DNA of 64,000 bases from Azolla caroliniana (Eukaryota; Plantae; Polypodiophyta). Below are positions 38,660-49,765 of this stretch, one piece after another. The notes under the pieces were generated by a model. That model ran no database searches. It had not been told where the DNA came from and saw nothing but the letters and a program-made list of their open reading frames with translations. Position 1 is the stretch's first letter. Every line of letters begins with the position of its first letter. The stretch is from assembly GCA_043228905.1 (NCBI GenBank), contig JBHGNT010000012.1:17484001-17548000 (forward strand), written 5' to 3'. The position numbers and the translations under genes are program-made.

Positions 38660-40857
38660 CGACGTGTCTAACTACTACCAAATATTTAAGAGGGCAAGTG
38701 AAGGAATCGCGGGCGCGGACGGTGCAGGTCGCACCGTTGATGGCGCGTGCGATCTCCACCGTCCAATCTGGATAATAATAAAAAGCGCACGCTCACGTTT
38801 TCACTTTATGGGAGCCCAACTTACAAGAAGGAGGAGCCTGACTCTGTGAGAAGAGAAATTTGAAATTTTATTTTTGTTTTGAGCGAGGGCGGGGAAACGG
38901 AGAAACCCTAACAGTCGGTTTAGGGTTTAGTACGCATCTAGACAGTCGAAATCCCTCTGAGAACAAAGAAAATAAGGAGACTTCGAAGAAGGAGGAGGAG
39001 GAGGAGGAGGAGGAGGAGGAGGAGGAGACTTCAACTATTCTCGAACCATCCAAACCAAAACTTCCTCTTGATTCGACCTCCATCTCCAACACTTACTGTG
39101 ACAAAGAAAAGGTAACTACTTCTTCCTCTTCCTTTCTTCTTCTTCTAAGCAATTATAATGATGGGAAGATGTCACCATCGTCATCATCCATTATATTGTT
39201 TAATCAATAATGATGAAAAGGTACATTATTCCTCCTCTTCTTCTTCTACAACCATTTTGTAATCATAATGATGGAAAGTTACAACTTTTCTTAACCTAAT
39301 ATCATCCTTAGAAATAACTTTGTTTCCATTAATGTATTCATTCTTTCATTGTTATATTCTTGAATGAAGTTTTTTCGCCATTATTTAAAATTGTCTCGTG
39401 TTCAATCTTATGTTGGTTTGCTACCACCTACCATCCACCTACATCCTTTGATTTCTCAGTTGAGGTCACCTTACTTTAGTGTACATAGCCAAGTTCAAGA
39501 TAGAACCTTTACCTCTCCATGCCTTCATTCCATTATGAGCATGAGGCAAAAGGTTCTTTACTGAAACATTTATGTTGTCTCAGTTATTAGGTTTGTGGTA
39601 ACTAATCCAATCCTTGTATCCCTGCCTTGCCTTATTGGAACATTGCTCTACCTTCCTACTGTCTTTCTATAAATGATTCTCGATGTTTCTACTTGTCAAA
39701 GATTTATGCTTGTACTAGATATAAGCCTGAAATAAATACAAAGAAGACTAACTTTAAAGACCAAAACAATCAGATAGCAAGTAATTTTTAAGTCAGATCC
39801 AGACCTCAATCTCAAGTACTATCATTAATCTAGAAAACAGTAAGTGTAATGACTCATTGAATGGATTTTCATAAAGATACAAATTATCTTACAAAATTTG
39901 CAGGGTGACCCTTTTTTCAAAATTCAAGTGAGCTATATAACTGTAAATCATTCGTTTTGCATATGACACTAAAAATAATAACACAATGAATTTATGTACT
40001 AAAGTTAATCTATCTTGTAGTGTAGATGGGTCGATATTCTCTATTGAAGTCTTTTTATGGAAGTTCACCAAGACTGATGTTAATATTTTTTGTAAGTTTT
40101 TTCCTTTCTAGGAAGCATCTCAGGATCACCTCAATAGGTGAGTTCCAAATGGAAACCTATGATTGTGAGAATTTGGGGTTTATGTGTAAAGGAATAGAGG
40201 TGCATTTGTAAGCCAGGACGAGAGTTTTCTTGTTGTATATAAATCACAGGCATAAAAGACAACGATCAGAACGATTATGGATGTTTGTTTGCATTCTCTT
40301 TAGAGAAAGATACATATATATTACTGTAAAAGGTATACATCAAACCACTAGATGCAAAGTGTGTCAAGGCCTTGTCTCTATGACCTGTGTATAGAGTTGT
40401 GTATAAAACAGTTGTCTATATAAGAGAAGTTTGAGATGTGCCTGTGAAGCATCCTATAGATTGGAATTCACCCTATTAAATATATAAGGTTTAGGGCTTA
40501 CCAAAAAATTTATTTCACTAATAGAGCTCATAATGTTCATCAAAGTATTACGAAGAGAACATTAAAAACGAGGGTGCAAGAGATGACTACCAGGAGTATA
40601 TTGCCATTGGGAGATGTAATACTAGATGCTTCTAATGCTAAGGAAGCTCTTGAATTTCCTACCATAGCTATCAAAATATGCTTCTAGTGCTGAGAGTGAG
40701 GACATCGGGATTGTCTTTGTTGGTCCTAGGACAATCACGAAAACATGGGATAACACAACAAAAAATAAGTTCACTAGGTATGTCGTTATGGTGGGGGCAT
40801 GAAATCAAAAGTTAACTTTATGTATTTTTATACTTGCTAATGTGGCCTAATAAACAG

Positions 40858-41560
40858 GTTTCAGGTGGCTTGCCGAAGAATAGATCTAGCGGTCTTTTTG
40901 ACTGAGGTAGAACTATGTTCGTTGTGCATTGCAAGGGAGATGGCATCCACGTCGACAATGACCCTCTTCCACTTATGGATGGAGTACTCACTACCCCTTG
41001 AGATCAACAAGCGATTTCATATTGTTGATCCATTATGGGTACAACTAGTAGAGCAACGTCATAAGGTAGAAAACATACTCACTAGGGTCCCTGAACGGGA
41101 ATATGTCTTCATTCCAATATTGCACTCAGGGCATTGGGTGCTTTGGGTGAAGATGCGGCAGACTACTACTTGTTTCGAAGCCAAGAAGGTGAGGAGCCCA
41201 ATTGTTTTTTGTGATCCACTAAATAATCATCCAACTGCCGACATGAAGACATTGGGTGTTTTGGTTGTACGACATATCTCTAGCTCCACGCACGACCATT
41301 GCATTATCAGTGATGAACGGTTCCATGTATTGTGGGTATTATGTGATGCAAACGATTCAGATGTTGGTTGAGGAGTTTATTCAAGGATTAGAGTCTAGTT
41401 ATTTTGTAAGTATCCCTCAAGATTGAATATGAACATTTGTTTTTGTAAGGGGTTAGGGTTGATGGCATCTTGTGGTGCAGGGTAAGGAGCAATGGTTTTG
41501 ATTCGAAGATGTGGAGCTCCTTCGAAAAATCATGGCAAAATGGGCACAAAGGACTCTAGG
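40858..41560 (+). pseudogene. Ulp1/C48 SUMO-protease-like domain carried by the MULE
   Basis: EYVFIPILHSGHWVLWV...IVFCDPLN...DANDSDVG follows the H-D-(Q)-C order of Ulp1 proteases, but the catalytic Cys position reads V and a stop follows. Downstream piece at ~41481-41550 (FDSK.VELLRKIMAKW-like, frameshifted). Possible upstream exons from ~38900. Confidence 0.65.
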
Positions 41561-41629
41561 CTTAGGGTTATTTTAATCATTCGGAGTTGTATTTTGTAAA
41601 ATCAAATATATGATCTCGATGTACTACCT

Positions 41630-41850
41630 AATGTGGTTGCTAGCCTTTTTTGTATATTTTGGAACAAAGGTTGCCACCAATATTGTATTTTGGAATCAAG
41701 GCGGCTTGCCTTTTTTGTATATTTTGGAACCAAGGTTGCCACCAATGTTGTATTTTGGAATCAAGGCGGCTTTCTTTTTTTGTATATTTTGGAACCAAGG
41801 TTGCCAGCAATGTTGTATTTTGGAATCAAGGCAACGCGCCTTCTTTGTAT
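41630..41850. repeat. ~65-bp tandem repeat, ~3 copies, inside the MULE
   Basis: TTTTGTATATTTTGGAACCAAGGTTGCCACCAATGTTGTATTTTGGAATCAAGGCGGC repeated. Confidence 0.85.
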
Positions 41851-42196
41851 ATTATTGGCCATATCAATATAGTTAATTTTGTAATCTCAAATCAACATTT
41901 GAATGTCATTTTGGTTGTATATGACTCAATGTGAATTTATTTCATTCTCGATTCATACCTATATAAATTGCGTATGCAATGCTTTAGTAAAAGCCAGCTT
42001 CTTGGTTGGGGTTCTTCAAAGAGTTGAAATAATCCTCTATTAGTGTTGCATACGCCCTAGTAAGTCAATAATGAAGAAGATAGGCTTTGTGAACACTACA
42101 CTAAGGTACACAAAGTAATCTAAAATAATGTTATACGGGGAGTTCAAGATTATGTTCGAAATCCTCACAAATTTTCAACATTCCAAATTTTCCAGT

Positions 42197-42460
42197 GAGG
42201 AGCCCGGCTCATATAAAAAGAGGGAGCCCTACTGATTAATGAGGATCTTGGCTCATATCAAAGGAGGGAGCCTTACTGATTAATGAGGAGCCTAGCTCAT
42301 ATTAAAGGAGGGAGCCTTACTAATTAATGAGGAGCCCGACTCATATCAAAGGAGGGAGCCCGACTGATTAATGAGGAGCCCGACTCATATCAAAGGAGGG
42401 AGCCCGTCTAATTAATGAGGAGCCCGAATCATATCAAAGGAGGGAGCCCGACTGATTAAT
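42197..42460. repeat. 44-bp tandem repeat, 6 copies, inside the MULE
   Basis: GAGGAGCCCGACTCATATCAAAGGAGGGAGCCCGACTGATTAAT at 42197, 42241, 42285, 42329, 42373 and 42417. Confidence 0.92.
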
Positions 42461-42852
42461 ATGCAGGTGCCCAACTACGTGAAATGATGGCATTGCAATG
42501 ATCATACTAACGATCACACTAAATTGATTCACTACTAGTCACTCACTCATTCACTAAGAGCTGAAATCATTCACTTCATTCACAGACTATTAATCACTCG
42601 CTCTGATTTCATTCACCGTAGAGATTAATCAAACCACAGATTCAATCATTCATGAATAGCTGGCATTCTCGATCATTCACTAAGAGTTGAAATCATTCAC
42701 GAAGTGCTGAAATCATTGCAGAAATTGAAATCATCCACTTCATTCATATGCATTATCGATTATGTTCAAATTCATTTGAACTTCAATCATTGGCATTCAT
42801 TTGAGTTCATTCACTTTATTCATTGGCATAATTACTCACTTCTTTATCAACG

Positions 42853-44050
42853 AATGTGCCAACTGATGCAATGCATTACTGAACCCGCATTCAATGTGAT
42901 GTGTGAGGAGTTAAAGGTGGAATATGCAGACAAGTCCGATGTTTGGCAATATATAGAAGGAGGATGGCGTGGTTTGACATGTGTGTGGAGGAAACTCTGG
43001 CCCAAGTTTGGTAGAATGTTCAACCACGAACATGTTGACACTACCAATATTGTGGAAAGACATTGGCAATTTATCAAATATACTACCTTGAGAGGGAGAA
43101 TAAACCAATCAATTACCAACCTTGTGCATGTCTTAATCGGGGACAGTGAAACTGGCACTTGCACCAGAGGAACGGTCGTAGAGTGGTACAATCAACAACA
43201 AGAAATATGTGAGAGTGGTCAATTTGCACCTCGTGCAAATTGTAGGGATCAAAGGCACCGACTTAAAGAGGCCAAGAGAATATTGGAAAGGTATGTCAAT
43301 GATACCTCCACAATGCATATTGTGGACGAGTCCCGATATTGGTTTAGAATCTTGGGCATGATGACTCCCACTCTATGGTATAATGCCTCACTCCAATGCT
43401 CATATTGTGATTGCCAAGACCTTGCGAGTAAATGTAAGCATTTACTTGGTATCCGAATGATTATTGTGCGGCATATGCCACATTTATGTGGCTCATTGCC
43501 TTTTATAGATCACGGGACCCAAATGCGAATGGACAATAATACATAAATAGAAGTGGAGACAGAGGTAGAACGAGTCGGGGAGACAAACCCCACAACATCA
43601 TAGTTGAATCATTGAAGTCCATAATACAAATGGTCGAGGAAGCACTTCAATGTCTCAAGCAAGGGTTAGGAACCTTTGACTGTGCAACTATTTTAGAATG
43701 TATACAAAAATTTGGAAGATATGACTAAGAAGGTGTATCGTGTTGGCGCACCAAGATCAACCAATGAAGAAGATGGTAGATCAATAAGTGATAACCAACA
43801 AACTGGTGCCAAAAGAAGCGCAACAATAGATATCTCACAAGAACTTATTGGCAGCTCCCCAAACACTTCCAAATCCCACACCGGAAAACTACAAAGAGGT
43901 GCAAGTCGGGCTAGGAGGTGATTGCCAATATGTGACCATGAAAAGGTTCGGTGTTTGCGTTGCGATGGCTTGACCTTGACTTCAAGAGACTCGATTGTTA
44001 CATGTAAAAATTGTGGTTGCATTATGCCATCATCTGGACATGAGCTATAA
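42853..44050 (+). pseudogene. MULE-type transposase C-terminal half with SWIM zinc finger
   Basis: W..F.R..DTTNIVERHWQFIKY (catalytic Glu motif) and CDCQD..KCKHLLGI (SWIM). The N-terminal DD region is missing; stops and frameshifts follow 43546. Confidence 0.8.
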
Positions 44051-44344
44051 TTGTTATATGTAATGTTTGTATTCATATTTTATTTTAGGGTTCCAAGTCT
44101 TGGATTATTCCCATTATCAATATTTGACATTATAATATTTTATGTAAGACTTTTTATTTGAATCTTTAAGTTGATTTGTTATTTGAAGCTTGGAGATATA
44201 AGTTTGTGTGATTTTTTGAGTTTTAAATTTTAATGTTTAAAGAGCAATTGGAAGTTTAGGTTTTTTGGAGTAATTTAATGTATCATTTTCATGGCAAATA
44301 TATGTTGTAAACTTACAATTTTTTGGAGTTTTCTATGTTTGTTT

Positions 44345-44575
44345 CTCAGTCGGGCTCCTAGTGATGGAGGTTGTCAGGCAGCGGGGCTCCTTGTGACAGA
44401 GTCGGGCTCCTGGTGAATGAGGTTGTTTGACAGCGGGGCTCCTTGTGATAGAGTCGGGCTCTCGGTGACAGAGGCTGTTAGACAACGGGGCTCCTTGTGA
44501 CAGAGTCAGGCTCCTAGTGACAAAGGCTGTCAGAGAGTCGGCTTCCTTTTGTCAGAGTCAGGCTCCTCGTGATAG
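44345..44575. repeat. Subterminal repeats of the MULE (AGTCGGGCTCC/GGGGCTCCTTGTGACAG)
   Basis: About four ~55-bp units adjacent to the right TIR. Confidence 0.8.
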
Positions 44576-44753
44576 TCGTTGTCAGCTTTTTATCCAAATT
44601 GGACGATGGAGATCTCACGCGCCATCAACGGTGCGACCTGCACCGTCCGCGCCCACGATTCCCTCACTTTCCCTCTTAAATATTTGGTAGTAGTTAGTCA
44701 CGAGCATACATGCCTACATACATACATACGTATGTACGTACATACATGCATAT

Positions 44754-45554
44754 GCTTGTGTCTAACTACATACAAATATTAAAGAGGGCAAGTGAGGGAA
44801 TCGTGGGCACAGACGGTGCAGGTCGCGCAACTGATGGCGCTTGCGATCTCCACTATCCAATGTGGATAAAAACGCTGATAGCCTCTGTCACCAAGAGCCC
44901 AACTGACTCAGGAAGGAGCCCGACTTAGAAACAAACATAAAAAACTCCAAAAAATTGTAAGTGTACAACAAATATTTGCCAGGAAAATGATGCATAAAAA
45001 TTACTCAAAAAAACCTCAACTTCCAATTGCACAAAACTTAAAACTTAAAACTCAAAATTCACACAAACTTATATCTCCAAGCTTCAAATAACAAATCAAT
45101 TTAAAGTTTCCAATAACAAGTCTTACATAAAAGATTAAAACATCAAATGTTGACAATGGGACTAATCCAAGCCAAAAACCCTAAAATGAAATATGAATAC
45201 ACGCGTTACATATTAAGATTATGGCTCATGTCAGGATGATGGCATAATGCAACCACAATTTCTACAACATGTAACAATCGAGTCCCTTGAAATCAAGTTC
45301 AAGCCATCACAAACTAAACATCAAACCATCTCATGGTCACATATTGGCAATTGCCTCCTAGCTCAACTTGCACCTCTTGGTAGTTTTCTGGTGTGGGATT
45401 TGGAAGTGTTTGGGGAGCTACCAATAAGTTCTTGGGAGATGTCTATTGTTGCACTTCTTTTGGCACCGATTTGTTGGTTGCGACTTATTGATCTGTCATC
45501 TTCTTCGGTGGTTGATTTTGGTGCACCAACGCGATACACCTTCTCAGTAATATC
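44754..45554 (-). mobile_element. Right end of a second copy of the same MULE, inverted (tail-to-tail)
   Basis: Starts with the TIR GCTTGTGTCTAACTAC. 44880-45554 is the reverse complement of 43718-44580 (KVYRVGAP..AKRSATIDISQELIGSSPNTSKSHT). Cut by the gypsy LTR at 45555. Confidence 0.88.
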
Positions 45555-48500
45555 TGTCATGAACATCAACTCGAATGTGAACCTTAGGCCCTTGTATATA
45601 TATATTTCTCCTAGACAAACTTTAGACTTCAAACCTTTGTATAAAGGGTGGTATGTAAGACTCTATATGTAAGACTTGGCATGCAAGAATTAGTATGCTT
45701 GATATTATAGTATGTAAGACTTGGCATGAGCATGCCTATCATGCATCACTACATGTATAATAAAGGGTTGATCTCCCTTGTTAACATCAAGGAGATCAAC
45801 ACCAGTCATGGAATAGATATTTTTACTCATTATCATCAACTTCTTGATCTCCCTATCTCGTCAACTTCCCCATCTCTTTATCTCCAATTGTTCATCCCTG
45901 ATAGATTGATCTCCTTCCTTCTTTCCTTCCTTCTTTCCATCTTTTCTTCTTCTTCAATATACTATCATGTCAGAATCATCTAGTAATCTTGAGCAAATTT
46001 TGGCGGTCGTGCAACAACTCCAACATCATAATGCAAACTTGCGAAACTCTGTTCAAGAACTTTAGACAGCCACAACGGTTATACCTCACCCGATTGTTGA
46101 CCCTTATGCTATAGAACCCAATGTTAGCTTGCCAGAAAAATTCGATGGAACAAGGTCACGGCTAAGAGGTTTCATCAACCAAATCTGCCTTATTATTCGT
46201 CTGCAGCCTTGACGCTATTCTGATGATTTTTGACAAGTTGGGCTCATCGGCACGTTACTGACAGGACAAGCACAAGTTTGGTTTGCCCCTCTGGTGGAGA
46301 CCTCTTCGCCTCTCTTGAATGACTTCCAAGCATTTCTTACCGAATTTGAGGCAACTTTTGGGGAGACTAACAAATGACGAGCCGCACTCAACTAGCGTAT
46401 ATGCGTTACAACAAGCAAATCGTGCAGCATCAATCTATGCATCCAAATTTCATCAGCTCGCATGCAATGTCGAGTGGGACGGACAAGCCCTCCTCGATCA
46501 ATTCCGCCGAGGATTATGAGGTTTACTTAACTTTCTTGAGCCCACATCTTTGAATGAGGCTATTTCCCAAACTGTGCACTACGATAACCATGTCTTTGAG
46601 TTCTGGCAAGAGGAATGTCCTCACCGGATCCATCCACCTTGGCCAGCCACTACGCGAAGTCACCTACCATGGTTGACGACCCCGCCTCCCATGTCATCCT
46701 CCACTTCATCTTCAACTCCTACCACAAATTCTAGCTCGCCAATGGAGATCGATCGAATTCGCTACTGACCATTGACTAATGCGCAACGACAACATCGACG
46801 GGCCAACAATTTGTGTCTCTATTGTGGCGACCCTGACCATTTGATCCGCTCTTGCCCAAAAAAGGGACCCTGTCAAACACCACATCATGTGGATGGGGTT
46901 GACATTTTCTACCAACAGGAAAACTCCAATGTCCAATTGCAGTAGGGGTTGTGCATCTGGACCACAAGAGTCGACAATTATGTCAAGGGCCCAATCAACC
47001 GACTTCCTCGACAACAAGCTTCATGCTTCCGATCACTCTTCAGTTTGGCTCTACCACTCTAAAGACAAAAGCTTTATTGGATTCAAGGGCTACGTCGTGC
47101 TTTATTGACATCATGTTTGCACGGAAACACAACATTCCAAGCAACAAAATAATTGTCCCAATTCCAGTTGAAGTGATCGACAATCGAATGCTCTCTTCTG
47201 GTGCCATCACATATACAACAATTCCCTTGGGTCTCCACATAGGAGCCCACCAGGAAGAAATCACTTTTAACCTCATCGCATCACCTCGCCATCCTATCAT
47301 CTTGGGGTTATCATGGCTCAAGACTCACAATCCAGTCGTGGATTGGCGATCTTGCTCCATCAACTTCACCTCAAATTTGCACTCACAAGGGTTTATGTCC
47401 ACCCTTCTTCGAGCCAATGTTCCGCCATTTGTTTGGCCGCCTACTCCGGTGAGGACGGTTGCTCCCACTTATGTTTCAGGGACAACTCCCATTTCTACTC
47501 CGGTGAGAACCACATCAATGGTTGCACCGATTCCAGTTTCTGCTCCAGTGAGGACCACATCAATGGTCGCTCCCACTCATGTTTCTGATCCGGTGAGGAC
47601 TAGGTTATCGGTCACTCCCATTTCCTCTTCAGCGAGAACCATGTTAACGGTTGCGCCAATAGAAACAACATTGATAGTTAGTTTTGTGTCGGCCTCGGAA
47701 ACCATTCCAACTCTTGCTTAGGTAAGCGATACAGTGTTGATTGCATCCATTTCTAATTCTAAGGACATGGCGTTCATGTCCACTCCAGATACTACTCTAT
47801 GTACTAGCTCTTTTCCATCAAAATACAATGATTTCTCTTATGTATTTGAGAAGAAAAATGTTGATCGCCTACTTGAACATTGCCCATACAATTGTCCAAT
47901 TGACTTGAAAGATGGTGCTTGTCCTCTATTTGGCCCTATCTATGGTTTATCTGAACTTGAACTCAAGACCCTCAAAATATACATTGAAGAGAATCTCGCA
48001 AAGGGATTCATTCGCCACTCAAAATCTCCAGTTGGCTCTCCTATTCTATTTGTCAAAAATAAAGATGGAACGTTACGCCTATGTATCGACTATCGTTGGC
48101 TAAATTGAGTCACGGTTCGAAACCACTATCCACTACCTCTAATCCCCGAACTCCTCGACCGAATTTGGGCTGGGCGTATATTCTCCAAAATCGATCTCAG
48201 AGGCGCCTACAACTTGGTGCGTATCAAGTCTGGAGATGAGTGGAAAACGGCATTTCAAACCAAGTATGGGCATTTTGAATACATGATAATGCCATTTGGT
48301 CTCACAAATGCTACTGCTATTTTCCAACATATGATGAATGACATCTTCCGAGAATATCTAGACCAATTTGTGGTCATCTATCTCAACAACATACTTATCT
48401 TCTCACAGGACTACATAGAGCACACCAAGCACATTCGACTTATCTTGTCCAAACTTCGCGAACATGGACTTTATGTGAAACCCGAGAAGTGTGAGTTTGA

Positions 48501-49765
48501 TCGAACCTCAGTTGAATTCCTCGGGTATGTCATTTCATCTGATGGTCTCACTATGGACGAGAAGAGAGTCGAAACAGTTCAAGAGTGGGAAGTTCCCACC
48601 AGGGTCAAGGATGTGCAATCATTTTTAGGTTTTTCCAACTTCTATCGTCGATTCATTCAAGGATTCTCTACATTGGCGCAACCACTTATAGCAGTCACTC
48701 GGAAGGATTCCCCTTTTTGCTAAACTCCTACAACCCAACTAGCATTCGAGACACTAAAGAAAGCTTTTACCTCGGCTCCGGTACTTCTACACCCAGATCT
48801 GACCAAACCATTTATGATCGAAACTTATGCCTCTGACTTCGTCATCGGTGCCATTCTCTCTCAATAAGATAACAATGGGATTCTTCATCTTGTTGACTTT
48901 TATTCTCGGAAGTTCATAGTTCCCGAGATCAACTACCCAATTTATGACAAAGAACTCTCTACCATTATTGCAACCTTTGAAGAATGGCGTCCTTACTTAG
49001 CAGGCGCCGAACACCGTGTCCAGGTGGTGATTGATCACAAGAACCTCATCTACTTCATCACTACTCGCATTTTGAACCGAAGGCAAGTGCGATGGGTGAC
49101 CTTCCTGGCTGACTACGACTTTGAAATTGTTTTTCGTCCCAGTGCCCAACATGGTAAAGCTGATGCCCTATCTCGGCGTTCGGAATTCGAAATCCGACTA
49201 GGAGATGAGACCTACAATCCACAATCACATTGCCTCCTACAACCACATCAGATTCAACTCTTTGCAGCTTATATGGGTGCGGATGAATCATTACTCAACG
49301 CAATAGCCATAGATACTACCACCGAGAAATTTGCAAAAGAAATTAAGGAGAATCGAGTCAATAAATCAACCATAAAGGAGGTATGGAATAGTCAAGACCA
49401 ATTTATGTTTCAAGATGGTTTTCTTTTCCGAAACAACTTAATGTATGTCCCAGATGGTCCTTGTCGTATCCGTATCATGAAGGAATGCCATGATGACGCC
49501 CTAGTTGGACATTTTGGCGTTGCAAAAACTTTGGAGTTAATCTCTAGAAGTTATTGGTGGCGGCAACCTTGGAAACTTGTTAAACAATTTGTGAAAACAT
49601 GTGATACATGTGCTCGCGCCAAAGCAGTACATCATCGTCCCTATGGCCTACTCAACCTTTGCCAATTGCAAGTAGGCCATGGGCCTCCATCTTGACGGAT
49701 TTTATCACCAACCTTCCCGACATTGAAGGATTCAATTCAGTATTGGTGGTGGTGGATAGATTTTA
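45555..49765 (+). mobile_element. Ty3/gypsy chromovirus-type (Tcn1-like) retrotransposon, degenerate, 3'-truncated in integrase
   Basis: Putative LTR from TGTCATGAAC (45555) to ~45786. Gag PEKFDG and CLYCGDPDHLIRSC; protease ALLDS; [18 protein letters not shown]; RNase H; integrase zinc finger (CHD..GHFG..CDTC) ending at VLVVVDRF. Confidence 0.9.

Larger units (their letters stand above)
38660..44705 (+). mobile_element. Mutator-like DNA transposon with ~110-bp TIRs, Ulp1 protease passenger and SWIM transposase remnant
   Basis: TIR 38663-38773 (CGTGTCTAACTACTACCAAATATTTAAGAGGG...) matches the reverse complement of ~44591-44702 with about 7 mismatches by eye. Flanked on both sides by CATA repeats. 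Confidence 0.88.

Noticed and set aside
37923-38759. 278-aa ORF as a single gene
   Set aside because: Chance read-through of the MULE TIR, the microsatellite, NTF2 exons 1-2 and introns.
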